A stretch of 64,000 bases of DNA from positions 1-64,000 of the forward strand of contig CALSCP010001494.1 in assembly GCA_943704425.1 (NCBI GenBank). The letters run 5' to 3'. A program made the position numbers and the translations under genes. Origin of the DNA: Ministeria vibrans ATCC 50519. Its lineage: Eukaryota; Protista; Filasterea. The first letter of the stretch is position 1. Every line of letters starts with the position of its first letter. Shown in pieces: positions 11,208 to 23,613 of the stretch. Below the pieces are notes generated by a model. The model was not told the origin of the DNA. It made no database searches and saw only the letters and a program-made list of their open reading frames with translations.

Positions 11208-12327
11208 TTATTCTTGACGCCGAATGGTGAGAAGAAGAGGCATGTGAAGGTTATCGTCAAAGACGGACGAGTCTTGTTGCAACTCGTCATGTCTTCTCCG
11301 ACTCACATCGGCGTCGTATGAGTCGCTCACGTCCACCGATAGACCCGCGGGGTGTTGACGTACCAGCTTGCAAAAATCATGAAAGGTTGAGCCGCGCGTG
11401 GGTGCAGTGAAAAGAGCAAGGCCACCAGGCGCGAGAAGTTCAACAATCACCCGTAATAGTCCGTCGTGAGACTCGCTGAAGAACAAACTATTCAAGAAAA
11501 AGTGCATACATTCGTATTATCAATAGCAACAACAACAACAGCAACACAGCGGCAGCAACAACAGCCACAAAACACTTCCCCACAAGTACCAGTCAGCACA
11601 GAGCATCACGTCAACCGTGTGTGAGTGCACATCCAATGGCAGGTCCAAGGACCAGCGCAGTTGACGGAACGTCACCTGGGAGGCACTCGTCATGAATCTC
11701 TCTTGGTTCGCAGCAATGTTCGCTTTGATACGTGCGCGAGACAAGTGGGAACAAAAAAAAGAGCAAGAAAAAACTGATCAGAATGATAAAACCTTCCTTG
11801 TTGTGCGCCTTATCTTCAACGGAAGTCTCGTTTCCGTCTGTGAGCGCAACGCTCGTTGCTCCGCCATACAGCGCCACGAGAATACCAGCAAAAGCAGTCA
11901 TACCACTCCCAAGCTCGAGCACCCTCTTCCCCCTAGCACGCAGCGGTGAGCATGTTCGCCCATAGCGCAGTTTATCAGTCGTGTACCGAAACAGCTCGAG
12001 ATGGTCCAGCGAGTACTTGGCAAGCACCTCTTCGGCAGGCCATATACACACATTTCCAGTGTTGTTGAAGCCCAGGAGAGCCTCGTGCGATTGTCTGGTT
12101 TCCAAGAGCGAACACACAAGAATGCGATGGTCCTTGCGCGAGTACTGCTGCACATGGAACCTGTTTGAGACGGTCGCGCAGTCGATGGCGTCGATGTGAA
12201 ACAGACCAAACGACGCAAACCGTCGCACAGAGACAGTGCTAGCTGTATCTGCCACGTCTGCCTGCTCTGTTGCGTTCCTGGCCAACAGAGCCCGGCGCAG
12301 AATGGCCCATCGTCCTGTCGCCGCCAT
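11208..12327 (-). CDS. CAMKMT: Calmodulin-lysine N-methyltransferase, 4 exons
   Basis: Motifs RWAILRRAL, SVRRFASFGLF, GFNNTGNVCIWPAEEVLA, VLELGSGMT, LTDGNE, CADCLFF and APTRGST. Confidence 0.92.
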
Positions 12328-12553
12328 CGTCGTCAATCACTGATCCAACCACGATCCAACTCGCTCCGTCACCAACAACAGTCGTGTGATTCGTGTACAC
12401 GCGCTTCACAGCCTAGAGAATGCAAAAGCACAGAGAAGCCAAAATGATTGTCAAATGAGTATTATTCATCCCGAGGCAACGGAATTACAAATCACAAAAG
12501 TGAAAAGTCAATTTAGTCAACAAACAAATACAATAAAAATATTTTTTCATTCC

Positions 12554-14415
12554 ATGATGGTTGTGCACGCCTCTGTTCGCCTGAGCCTTATTGCACTGAC
12601 GTGCCTTTCGTGTGCCTTGGCGTTGTCTATTGAAGAATTCGGCGCCATTCCTAATGACTCTTCTGATGCGGCAGCGTTCGCGAATGCGCGAGCCTTTGAG
12701 GCGTACGCTTCTCGCATGTCGCTTTCGCATTCTCACTCATTCCGGGTACTATAGGGCCTTTGCCAACGCGAGCGCGCCGTCCAGTATCGACCGCACAGTG
12801 GTGGTGCCGGCTCACAAGAAGTTCTATCAATACCCTTGGTCCGTCTACGGTCAGAGCAACATTACGCTGCAAATCGACGGAACCATAGTGCTGCAGCAAA
12901 ACGTCAGCGCTTGGCCTCGCATTGACGGCTCCTGTGCCGATGCAATCAACTTCACAACGTGCGACCAGCTGGTGGTGCAAGGGTCGGGCACCATTGACGG
13001 CCAGGGCTTCGAGTGGTGGGTGCTGACACTGGAAAATAAGCTGCGCAAGGGTGGTCGTCCGCGCATGTTCAACTTGTACGACAGCAGCAATGTCGAGATC
13101 AAGGATGTTACCATGATCAACTCGCCTCAGTTCCACATGCGGTTTCAACGTGTTGCGAACGTGACGGTACATGGTGTCACGATTTGGGTGAACGTCGAGA
13201 AGCAAAAGGTGTGGCTTTGTGTGTACTTGTGTGATTTGTTGTATTCATCATATGTAACCGCACACTCTTTGTGCTTAGGCACTCTTGCGCAAGCATGGAA
13301 AGTTGACTAAAGAAGGATGGCCCACGTTTCCTCTCAACACGGACGGGATCGATCCCGCCGGAATTAACGTCCACATCTACAACTGCACAATCGAGAACTT
13401 TGACGATGCTGTTGCTGTTAAGCCCACACACGGTCTCCAAAGTAGGTCTAAACGCACACATAGATGACATATACACGCACGACGCGTACAAAAAACCACA
13501 ATTATGCATACCCACGCACCTTGAATACAAACGCCGTGCATATCATAGCCCTATGTACATCCACTTACGCCCTTGTGTTCTTGTTTGATTTTTTTTGATG
13601 TAGGTCGGTTCAGCAACTGCAGCGAAAATATGCTCATTGAGGACTGTACTGTGCGCTTTGGCGTGGGCATGACCATTGGGTCGGTTCCACCCAACGCCAA
13701 CACCAACTGCGTGCGCAACATTGTGTTCCGCAACATAGTTAGTGAACATCCACTCAAGGCCATCTACGTCAAGACCAACCCGGGCACTGTGGGTGACGGC
13801 ATTATTCACAACATCACCTACGCCAACTTTGTTATTACTTACCCCATCTGGTGGTCCATCTGTAAGGCTGCCGTTCACTCATGTTGCAGATCACTTGACT
13901 TGAGTTTTTTTTTTTTTTTTTTTTTGCTTTGCTTTGCTTTGCTCGTAGACGTCGGACCACAGCAGCAGGAGCAGCCTGACGGCAGTGGTCCGGGTTGCAT
14001 GCTGTACCCGCTGCTGCCTCATTGTGAGACGCAGCCTCGCGTGCCCATTACCGCCCTCTCTCTTATCAACATCACCTCCACTCACGGTGTCCTCAGGTGT
14101 GTCTATCTTGTGCCATGCTCAAACGCACACAACTAATGCTTGTTTCCATCCCATGTGCAATGCAGCCCGGGTATTCTGCGTTGTAACGAGACACGTCCGT
14201 GTACCGACTTTCACTTTGAGAATGTTCATGTGAGTGGCTCCTCATGGCCTCACGATGGATGGATCTGTGAGAACATTCAAGGAACTGTCGCCAACTCGTC
14301 GCCGGCTCTCTGCTTTGGCAACTCCCATCGTGAGCACCATGAGGCTGTCGCGACCCTGCCCCTTCCGCATGCTCTTCCGCACGGTGATATTACTCCTCAG
14401 AACACCAACAACTAA
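12554..14415 (+). CDS. Secreted glycoside hydrolase family 28 (polygalacturonase-like), 6 exons
   Basis: Signal peptide, then EEFGAIPND, GSGTIDGQGFEWW, RPRM, NSPQFH, NTDGIDP, DDAVAVK, GMTIGS and IYVKT. Confidence 0.9.
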
Positions 14416-14615
14416 AGCAGCAATACTATAATCCAAAATACAATCATAATTTTTTTATTTACTATGGAACGAAGTGAAATAATTGTTACGATCTTCTCAC
14501 TTTAAACTCAGACTGGGCAAAAACTTGATCCTCACGACGAGCATCCTCATGAATATCACTCAAGATTAACTATTATAATTCTTATTTTGAAAGTCTAATT
14601 CAGCTAATCACTTGT

Positions 14616-15765
14616 TCACTTCTTCTTGACGGCTTCCACAAATGCAGCGGCGTCTGCCTCGCTCTTAAAGCGCACCAGATACTTTTGCAGCTTGCCCTGT
14701 TCGTCGGGCAGTGCCAGCGACACATTAGTCTTCTTGGGACCATCGACAACGGAAACGCCCACGAGCGATGACACAAAGGTGTTAAAGAGCACAATGCCAT
14801 TGCCATCAGAGCGCATAAGTGCCCGTCGCTTCTTCGACTCTCCATTCTCGTTCACCTTGAGCTCGCCCACTCCCTTCGGCGTCCACTCGCCCGCTTTATC
14901 AATGAACATCTTGCACCGGTAGTTGCCCACCGTTGTCTCGCCCTCCTCGCCCGTCACCTCCCCCGCCTTCACCTCCTTGCTAATCTCCCCTTTAAACTCT
15001 TCACCTGCGTCGCCTTCGTCTTCCTTCTCGCCCACGCTCGCGGTACCTGCACCACTCCCGGGCTTCAGGTTGAACGCAAATCCAGAGGCCCCTGTCGCTG
15101 TCGATGCAGACGTGCTCGACTTGCCGAACCCACCAAGACCCGCCCCAAATGAAAAGGCCGGCTTCTTGGCAGCCCCCTCGCCCGCGCTCCCATCACTTGA
15201 TACCGCTGGCTTGACACCAAACGAAAAGGCAGGCGGCGAAGATCCGGAAGCACTCGCCTCGCCGGTCTTCTTGGCACCAAACGAAAAGGCAGGAGTCGCA
15301 GCGGCAGCGGGCGCACTCGCTTTCTCGTCGTTATCCTTCTTCTTGGCACCAAACGAAAAGGCAGGAGTCGCAGCGGCAGCAGGCGCACTCGCTTTCGCAT
15401 CGTCGCCGTCATCCTTCTTCTTCTGGGCACCAAACAAAAAGGCAGGAGTCGCAGCGGCAGCGGGCGCACTCGCTTTCGCATCGTCGCCGTCATCCTTCTT
15501 CTTCTTGGCACCAAACGAAAAGGCAGGGGCCGGGCTACTGGACGAAGACGCCGGAGAACTTGATGATGTGGCTGTCTTTGTTGAGTGGGAATTTGCGCCA
15601 AATGATGATGATGTGGGTGCTGTGGGTGATTTCGTTGATTTTGTTGCGCCAATGCGTTCGATGTGGCTCGTGTAGTCGGCAAATGCTGGAGACAGATCGC
15701 ACGCGTAGTCTTCTTTGATGCTGATGTGAAAGAAAAACACCCAAATGAGACTCGAACATACACAC

Positions 15766-15849
<84 letters not shown>

Positions 15850-16332
15850 TTTCGTCACCCACTCAGCAAAGGATTTGTTCAGCGCCAGACGTTGTGCAAG
15901 CACTTCGGCTGTCGGCTTGGCTGCGGATGTAGCGAGCGGGCCAGAGGGCATTGTTGCCACCGAGGCACTGCTCGTTGTCGACGCACTTGATGCGACGGGT
16001 GGCGTTGTGGCGGCCGGCTTGGGAAGGGCGGGCATGCCGGAGAAGAAAGCCGTTGGCTTCACGGACGCGTTTTGCACCGTGGCTTTCATCGCAGCCTTGG
16101 CTCCAGCCCCCCCAAAGCCACCAAAGCCCGAGAATGCTGTGGATCCCCCGTTTGGCTTAGACGCCGGTGCTCCCGCCGTCTTGATCGTCGGTCGCACAGC
16201 GCGAATGATTTGGCGCCGCGCTAGTTTCTCTTCGGAAGCCTTGGGGATGCCAAGCTTCACTTCAGACTCGTCGTCGTCCGACACATCGTCAACGTTGTCT
16301 TTGTTGATTTCCTTTGCCGCCGAGCGTTTCAT
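14616..16332 (-). CDS. NUP50: Nucleoporin Nup50/Nup2 (N-terminal NUP50 motif, FSFG repeats, Ran-binding domain), 2 exons
   Basis: MKRSAAKEINKDN...KASEEKLARRQIIRA, repeated PAFSFG, and a C-terminal RanBD (GEEGE...WTPKGVGELKV...LMRSD). The intron at about 15724-15847 carries (CA)n. Confidence 0.9.
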
Positions 16333-16652
16333 CACAGTCGCAAGAATGAATAGGAATGATCAAAAACTGTGTGTGTGTATGTGTGTGTGTGTGTGTCAAA
16401 CTAAAGAGTAACACACCGCCACCCTTCTTTGACAACTTTTGACACCGACAGACAACAGTAGCACCGTCACCCCTCTAATAAAACAAATATAATGACTGTG
16501 TCTCATCTCAGTTCTCAAAACAGAAATACTAATTTTTTGGACAAATTTCAAATTCGTTCCTGCATTTATTTTCACTAAAAGCTCTCTGACAACACGCTCG
16601 CACTTGAACACACTCGCTCTCACTCTCTTTCTGTTCAACTTGGAGGCGCTGC

Positions 16653-18414
16653 TTAGGTCCAGGCGGTGGGGTTGCCGCCGTGGATGACAGAGTAGATGTC
16701 AAAGACGAACTCCTTGGGGAACTCGAACATGCCGAGTTCCTCTTGGACGAGCTCGTTGAAGGACTCCTTCTCCTTGACCCTCTCGGCCGTCTGGAAGAGC
16801 GAGCTGGCCAAATCAACATCGCGGATGCCCATAAAGGACTCGAGCAAATCGGAGATGGTCTCGAGCGCGTGTGTGCGGTCGACAGCGCCGGGAACCGTGT
16901 CGACAACCTCGGCGCCCTTGCCGTCCTTGCCAAAGCGCAGCGTTTTCTTGCCCGCACCATACTTGCTATCGAGCTTGCTGTTGAGCGATGCGGCAGCGGC
17001 GTTCGGGTTCACCTTGACGGCAACGAGCGACAGCTGGAACTGTCCGCCCACAGGGACCGCCTTGAGAATCTGCGCCACGTCGCTGTGTCGCAGGCCGTAC
17101 ACGCTCTCGCCATTGATCGCCGAGATCATGTCGCCAACCTTGACACCGTCAACTTGCGCAACCACGCTGTTGGGGTAGATCCGCTTGACAAAGGCGCTGC
17201 CCGCACCATTGTCCGTGATAGACAGACCGAGCGTCGGACCGCTCTTGTGCACGGTAAAAGTCTTGCTCTCACCTCGCACGTGTGCGTAAATGAAGTCATC
17301 AAACACAATCTGTCCGCCGAGAAGTCGGTTCATGTCCACCGCCGGTGTGTTCAGGGTGCAAAACACGACCTGGAAGAAATGAGAAAAAGCGTGACTTAGC
17401 AATCATGCAGCAGAAAGACACACAGATGCACACAAGAACTCGTCTTTGTATTTTAAGCGTACGTCTTGAAACTCCAGGTGGAAGGCCTTGGCAATGACTT
17501 CGTACATCTCCTTGACATTGGTGAAGTTGCTGATTTTCTGCGTGTCGCTTCCGTTCGCAAGCTACACATCACAATAACAGTCAAAGTGGATGAGTGTGTG
17601 AAAAAAAAGAGCTCCAAGTGGCATCATATCACTTCCTCAACGAACCAGCAGCCTCGGCCATGTGTGAGAGATCATATTCTCACGACCAAGGGTAAAAAGA
17701 GAAAAAAAAAAAAAAAAAAAAAAACTCAAAAAAAAACTCAAAATATGCACAGCGACAAAACCGAGCAAGAGAGAGAGAGCACGGCGTTAGAGGGGGAAAT
17801 ATACATCAAGCACACACAGGCGACTGCCGGGCAGCCAGAAGAGGGCTGCTGGCTAAGTCGGTCCAATAAGATTTCCTCAAATGTTATAACACTCTGACAC
17901 CAAAAAAAGCCGCACAATCATCCCAATTCAGGATCGAAACCAGCCACATCCATTTGAAACACGCATTTCAAGTGGCGTCCCAGTGGGTGCAGGGCAAAAG
18001 CAAGACAGGACAGCGAGAGAGACGACATTCCGAAAAAAAACTTTTCTTTTTGTTTCTACCTGAACTGCGAAGCTAAAGAGCGGCGCTGCCTGGGCGGGCG
18101 CAGCCTTAGCCGGGGCAGGTGCAGCAGCTCCCTAAAAAGTTGGGAGAAAACGGTTAGTGCAAATGCGAAGGAGAGAGAAGGAAGAGAAAAAAAAAAAGAG
18201 AGAGAGAGGTGAACGCAGACAGCGAGGCTGAGAATGGGGTCGGAGGGGCCTTCACGACAGCGCCCGTGGGGTGCTGATGCTGTCCCGCGCAACGATCTAC
18301 GCCAGCACTGCGCTCCCGACAATTGCACGACAGACGAGCCAAAAAGCGTCGCTGTCATACAGAAGCATGCCCGCCCATTACCTTCTGTTCCTTCTCCTTC
18401 TTTCCGAAACCCAT
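16653..18414 (-). CDS. GIPC: GIPC family PDZ adaptor, 4 exons
   Basis: Spliced MGFGKKEKEQK-...LFSFAVQ-LANGS...NFTNVKEMY, VFCTLNT..VDM..LLGGQI..DDFIYAH, PDZ LGLSITDNGAGSAFVKRI, and LLESFMGIRD. Confidence 0.93.
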
Positions 18415-18623
18415 CACGAACACTTGGACGTTATATGCAAAAAAAGGGACGATCAAATTTCAAATAAGGAGGACTAATTCAAAACGTCATAAAACAATGA
18501 AACAAAGTACAAACCCTCCTTCCCCTTATGTCAAAACGAGAACGGAACGAGACGTCAAATCGCCAATGACTCAATAGTCAATACGTAATAATGATTATGG
18601 GCGAATCTTCAATCTTGCTCATG

Positions 18624-20474
18624 TTATTTTGTTACATCTTGAATTCGTGGAAGAAACTTCACAGGACGAGCTGATCCGCAGCACTCAAAGTAGTTGTAGC
18701 ATGCTGTAGAACAAGGGTACGGTTGAGACACATAGAATAGACACTTTGTGCATTCGTATGCATGTTACCATGGCACAAAAGAGAGTCGGCTGTCAGTCCT
18801 TGGTGCCAGGCGGGCGTGTCGAGGACACAGCAATTCGTACACTGTGCCAACGCGGTCTTGTCGGTGCCCTCTGAAGACGACATAGGAGCTTCAGCAGTAG
18901 AAGATTCATCAGCAGCAGAAGCAGGAGCAGCAGCAGCGTGATCAGTGTTCGTGCGGCGCTTTTGAACGGCCTGTGCAATGCACACTAACATGGAATAATG
19001 AGCAGAGGAGGACGGGATGGAAGGAGGGGAGACGAGGTCGGACAAACGAGTGGATGTCTGGCCCACCAGGTGAGCAAGAGAGCGTTGTAGAGCGCCAGCA
19101 ATAACCTGCTCCTCGTGGCTCGTTTCGGCATCGCCTCGGCACAGCCGCTCCTCCTTGGCAGCACGCAGGCTTGTCAGCAGCTGTGCTTGCACATCCAGAA
19201 CATGGTCAATGGCATCCTTCGACGTGGAGCTACAACGCGCATACGACATGCAAATTAGAAAAGACAACACTCATACATATACTGCATATCGAAAATGGAC
19301 TGACCTGCCAACCGTCTGGGCAAGGACAGGAGCAGTGGAAACATCGGTGGCATGTGTCTCGTGAAGAAGAAGTGGTCGAAGTGCATCGAGCTGTGCTGCC
19401 ATGGCAACGCCTCTCTTGATGTGTGTCCTAAAATAGGTGTGTGTGTGAGGGACTACACAAGATCTTGTGTGGATATTGCATTTACTGGCGAACACACGAG
19501 GAAGGCTTAGTATGGGAGGCGTGGGCCCAAGTGAGAAGTTGGCTCTGCGAAGCGGATAGAGTCGCATCGGACGAATCCGACGACGGCAGAAAGGACGCAA
19601 AGGGCCCCTGAGTGAGCGAGCGCACAGGCACCTCTGAGGACATACTGCCGTCGCGCCCGCTCTCGTCGTAGCTAGTGCAAGTCGAGGGACGGGCGTTGAC
19701 AAGGTCGCCGAGACGCACGATGGGAGTGACAGTAGCCGGGTTAGTCGAAGGGGACGGTACGGGGCGAACGGTTGCCTCCCTGCGCTCCTCCGACGCACAG
19801 ATGCGGCGTACCTTGGGCACTCGCTAGAGAAACCAAAGTGAGCAAACATTGTAAGCAAGAGTTCAGTGGCAAAAAAAAAAAACTTTAAAATAGGAACATA
19901 CGGCGGCGGCAGCACCACCAGTGGCACTGCGTTTGGCGGTGGGTTGGAGCACAGGGGCGGGCACTGAGGGTGTACTTGGAGCACCTGCTGACGGAGCAGG
20001 AAAAGTCGCGGCCGCAGACATACCGACGGCAAAGGCGGCGGAGTTGCCTGCAGTACCAGGAGGAAGCATTCCTGTCTCGTTCTACAAACAATCGCGTTTA
20101 GATGAGGTAGAAATAATAATAATAATAATAATAAACAAAATTATTACGTCGTGTTCTTCTCGTTTCGCTGGCTTCTCGTCGTCGTCAGACCCCAGATCAA
20201 AATCATCGTAAAAGGACTGGCCAAGCTTGACAGGGACCTTTATAGCACGCTTGGTGCGAGGGGCAGCAGAGTCCGAATCGCAACGGGGTGCCGTCGGCGC
20301 TGGCACAGGGGCTGCCGTCAGTGCGTGTGCGCGAGCAAAGAATGCATCCAGACACTGTCTCGCTTCCGCATTGCTCGACACGGCACTTTGCATTGCCTGC
20401 TCCAAACGTCGGAAGCACTGTGCATGGCGCAAGAGCAGGATGAGAAGTGTCACTGCATCCCCTTTGCTCGACAT
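18624..20474 (-). CDS. GATA-type zinc-finger protein (C-terminal CxxC-x18-CxxC), about 6 exons
   Basis: The spliced C-terminus reads CTNCCVLDTPAWHQGLTADSLLCHACYNYF. Upstream low-complexity exons are joined in frame by GT-AG introns. Confidence 0.65.
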
Positions 20475-20904
20475 ACCTGATCTAAAGCTGCAACGCTGCT
20501 TAGAGCGCCGCCCTTGGCATTCGCTATCAATTGAGACAAGACTGATTCGCCCGACGACGGCTGTGCCGCATCTAAGTAGCCTGCAAGAGCATCAGCGAGC
20601 GGCGCTCTTCTCTTGCTCCTGTTGTACCCGTTGCCGCGACGTCGTTTGCCAATTCACTCAAAATCGAGAGCACCGCAGCCTCTTCATTTTGTACAGAGGA
20701 CATTTGCAGTACACACACACCACAAAAACACACAAACACACACAAGGGGAGGGGGTTGGACAGAAAAATAATTCTACTTCTGAGTTGAACTATGACTCCA
20801 TCAATTCGTTCACCATTCCTAATTCCTTATTAAAATAATTATTATAAATTTAATTGATTTTCTTGTAGCCCTACCTGTAAACCGAAACCAACTGCCATTT
20901 GTGG

Positions 20905-21264
20905 ATGAGTGGCGACTTCTCGCAAGCGGGCAATGCGGGCTATGTGCCCCCCAAACCAACGGATCTGGAAACGTTGAAAAACCTCGACCAAGAAGACGAA
21001 TCACTGCGCCGTTGGAAAGAGAGCCTCATCGGCAATGGTATGTGTAGTGCACGAGCGGCCCTGTGCCCAATGCGCTCGGCACACCGTATAAACGCACTCC
21101 GCCTTTTTTTCCTTCTCTTCTAGCGCCTGCTCCTGTCGCTTCTGGCGGCGACACTCGCAATGTAGTCGTGGAGAAACTATCGCTTGTGGTGGACGGAAGA
21201 CCAAATGTCGACCTCGATTTGACAGGTACACACACAAACACAAACTCTCTTTGTTCACCTTCTC

Positions 21265-21299
<35 letters not shown>

Positions 21300-22759
21300 A
21301 ATTTCATTCACTCCATTCTCTGCGGTCCTTTTGCCTTTTAGGCGACTTGGCGAAGCTGAAAGAAAGACCTTTTGGTATCAAGGAGGGCTGCGACTACCGC
21401 CTGGGCGTGACATTCCGCGTGCAGTCCACCATTGTGGCTGGTCTCAAGTACCTTCACATTGTGTACCGCAAGGGCGTCAAGGTGGACAAAACGCAAGTCA
21501 TGGTGGGCAGCTACGGCCCCAATCCACAGCCGTATTTCTTTAAGAGTGCCCCGGAAACGGCGCCGGGTGGTATGGTGGCGCGTGGACACTACGATGTCAA
21601 GTCGCGCTTCATGGACGACGACAATCACATTCACCTGCAATGGGAGTGGTCGTTCGACATTGGCAAGGACTGGGCACCCTCTGCTGGCGGAGGTGCCCCG
21701 CCACAGCGCGGCCCTCCTCCTTTGGCGAACCGTCCCGCCGCCCCGGGCGGTCCTCGTCCTCAGATGATTCCTGGCAAGTTGCCACCTGGAGTACGACCTG
21801 TCACGGGACCATTGCCTCCAGGCGTTCGTCCCATTCTCGTACAAGGCCCACCCGCTGCTGTTGTGGCTCCTGCTGCTGCTACTACTGCTACACCTGCGCC
21901 TGCTCCAGCACCCTCGCGACCTCCACCGCCAGCAGCCGAGGCGCCCGCTCCAGCGCGACCTCCACCGGTTCGTCCGTCAAAGCCCAAACCTGCCGCACCC
22001 CCCGCGCGCCCCACGCCTCCCGCCGTTGCCCCTGGTCGACCACGCCCACCTGCGGGGCGCTCACAGCCACGGCCCGAGGAGCCTGCGGCACCGCAACTAC
22101 CGCCGTTTCCGTGTGCACGCACCGTCTGTCAGTATGTGCCCAAGACAGACGACGAGCTTGGCTTCGACGAGGGTGAAATCATCAAGCTGCGTGGGTTGCA
22201 AAGCGAGGGAGTGTACCGCTGCCAGCGTTCTAATGGCGAGGTGGGAAGTGTCCCCGATGCGTTTGTGCGAGTGCTCAAGTTGCTGCCCAACAAGTACCCG
22301 CTCGAGGGCCCTCGCGCCATTGGGCTCTACAATTTTGACGGCGAGACGGAGGAGGATCTTTACTTTTGCGTCAACGAAGAAATCCAGCTACTGGGGCGCG
22401 TTGATCCGGCGGGTGCCTGGCTGCGGGGTCGCGTGGACAAGCGTGAAGGTGGCACATTGTTTTGCTTGATAGTAGAGTGCCTTCTAACAAATATTACAAT
22501 CACCGTTCACATTAGGGATTTTTCCGGCTGAGTTTGTCAAGATTGTCGAGCGTCTTCCACGTGGCGCCTCTTGCACGAGTGGCCCACGCGCAGTAGCCAA
22601 GTTTGACTATCTTGACGGTTCCGAAGGGGTAAGCAATGGGTGTGAGTGAGTGAGTGAGTTAGTGAGTGTGTGTGTGTGTGTGTGCGTGTGTGTGTGTGTG
22701 TGTGAGTGTGAGAGTGAGTGTGTGTGTGTGTGTGTTTGTTTGGGTTTGTGTGTCTTTGT

Positions 22760-22832
<73 letters not shown>

Positions 22833-23519
22833 GTGTGTGTGTGTGTTTGGGTTTGTGTGTCTTTGTGGTGTGTTTGTTTGGGTTTGTGTGTCTTTTTGGT
22901 GTGTTTGTTTGGGTTTGTGCGTCTTTGTGGTGTGTTTGTTTGGGTTTGTGTGTGTTTGTGGTGTGTTGAACGCGGCGTGCTTACTATGGTGTGCTTCTTT
23001 CTGTGGCGTGCTGAACGTGGTGTGTGTCTCATATGGAGTGTTGGTCCTTGAAGGGGCGAGAGGCTGTTTTTGTTGTTTTTATTAACGCGAAATGGGCTGC
23101 GGCGGCCAACGTTTGTAGGATCTGCAATTTGAGGCTGGTGATATCATTGCTTTGGTGGAGGAGGTTGATAGTGAATGGCTCAAGGGGGATCTCGAAGGTA
23201 CGCACTCAGCATTTAATTGCTATGCTACCGACTGACCGTATTGGTTCTTACTCTTGCTGTGGCTATTGCAGGCCAAGTGGGCATCTTCCCGAAGATGTAT
23301 GTGGAGGCAGTGCAGAAGCTGTCGGCTTGGGTGGACGGGCCGCGCTGTTATGCGCTTTACGACTTTACCGATGGCGAGTCGCCCGACGACCTTATCTTCG
23401 AAAAGGGCGACGTCATCCGCGTCACACAGCACATTGATGAGGAATGGGCTCGCGGCACTGTCGACGGCCGCTTTGAAGGCCTCTTCCCCAAGATGTATGT
23501 CGAAATGATCGAAGAGTAA
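20905..23519 (+). CDS. Rho GDP-dissociation inhibitor fused to a proline-rich linker and four SH3 domains
   Basis: RhoGDI motifs LDQEDESLRRWKESL, FGIKEG, GLKY, MVGSYGP, ARGHY and WEWSFDIGKDW continue without stop or intron into a Pro-rich region and SH3s (GLYNFDG, AKFDY, ALYDF, G[IL]FP.[FY]V). Confidence 0.9.
22645..22967. repeat. (TG)n microsatellite plus TG-rich minisatellite in intron
   Basis: (TG)n with repeated gtttgtttgggtttgtgtgtct units. Confidence 0.9.
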
Positions 23520-23613
23520 AGCACTTGTGTGAGACGATTATTCAAGTAGTATTAAATTTAATAAGATATTAAATTTATATCAGACTTATCAGTTTTGTAT
23601 ATCTTTGTGTGGC

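Noticed and set aside
16680-17399. Long antisense ORFs over GIPC (similarly over NUP50, NARS2 and the 42-44 kb gene)
   Set aside because: These are shadow frames produced by GC-rich codon bias of the real genes.
22607-23085. CV- and HT-repeat ORFs
   Set aside because: These are translations of intronic (TG)n/(CA)n repeats.
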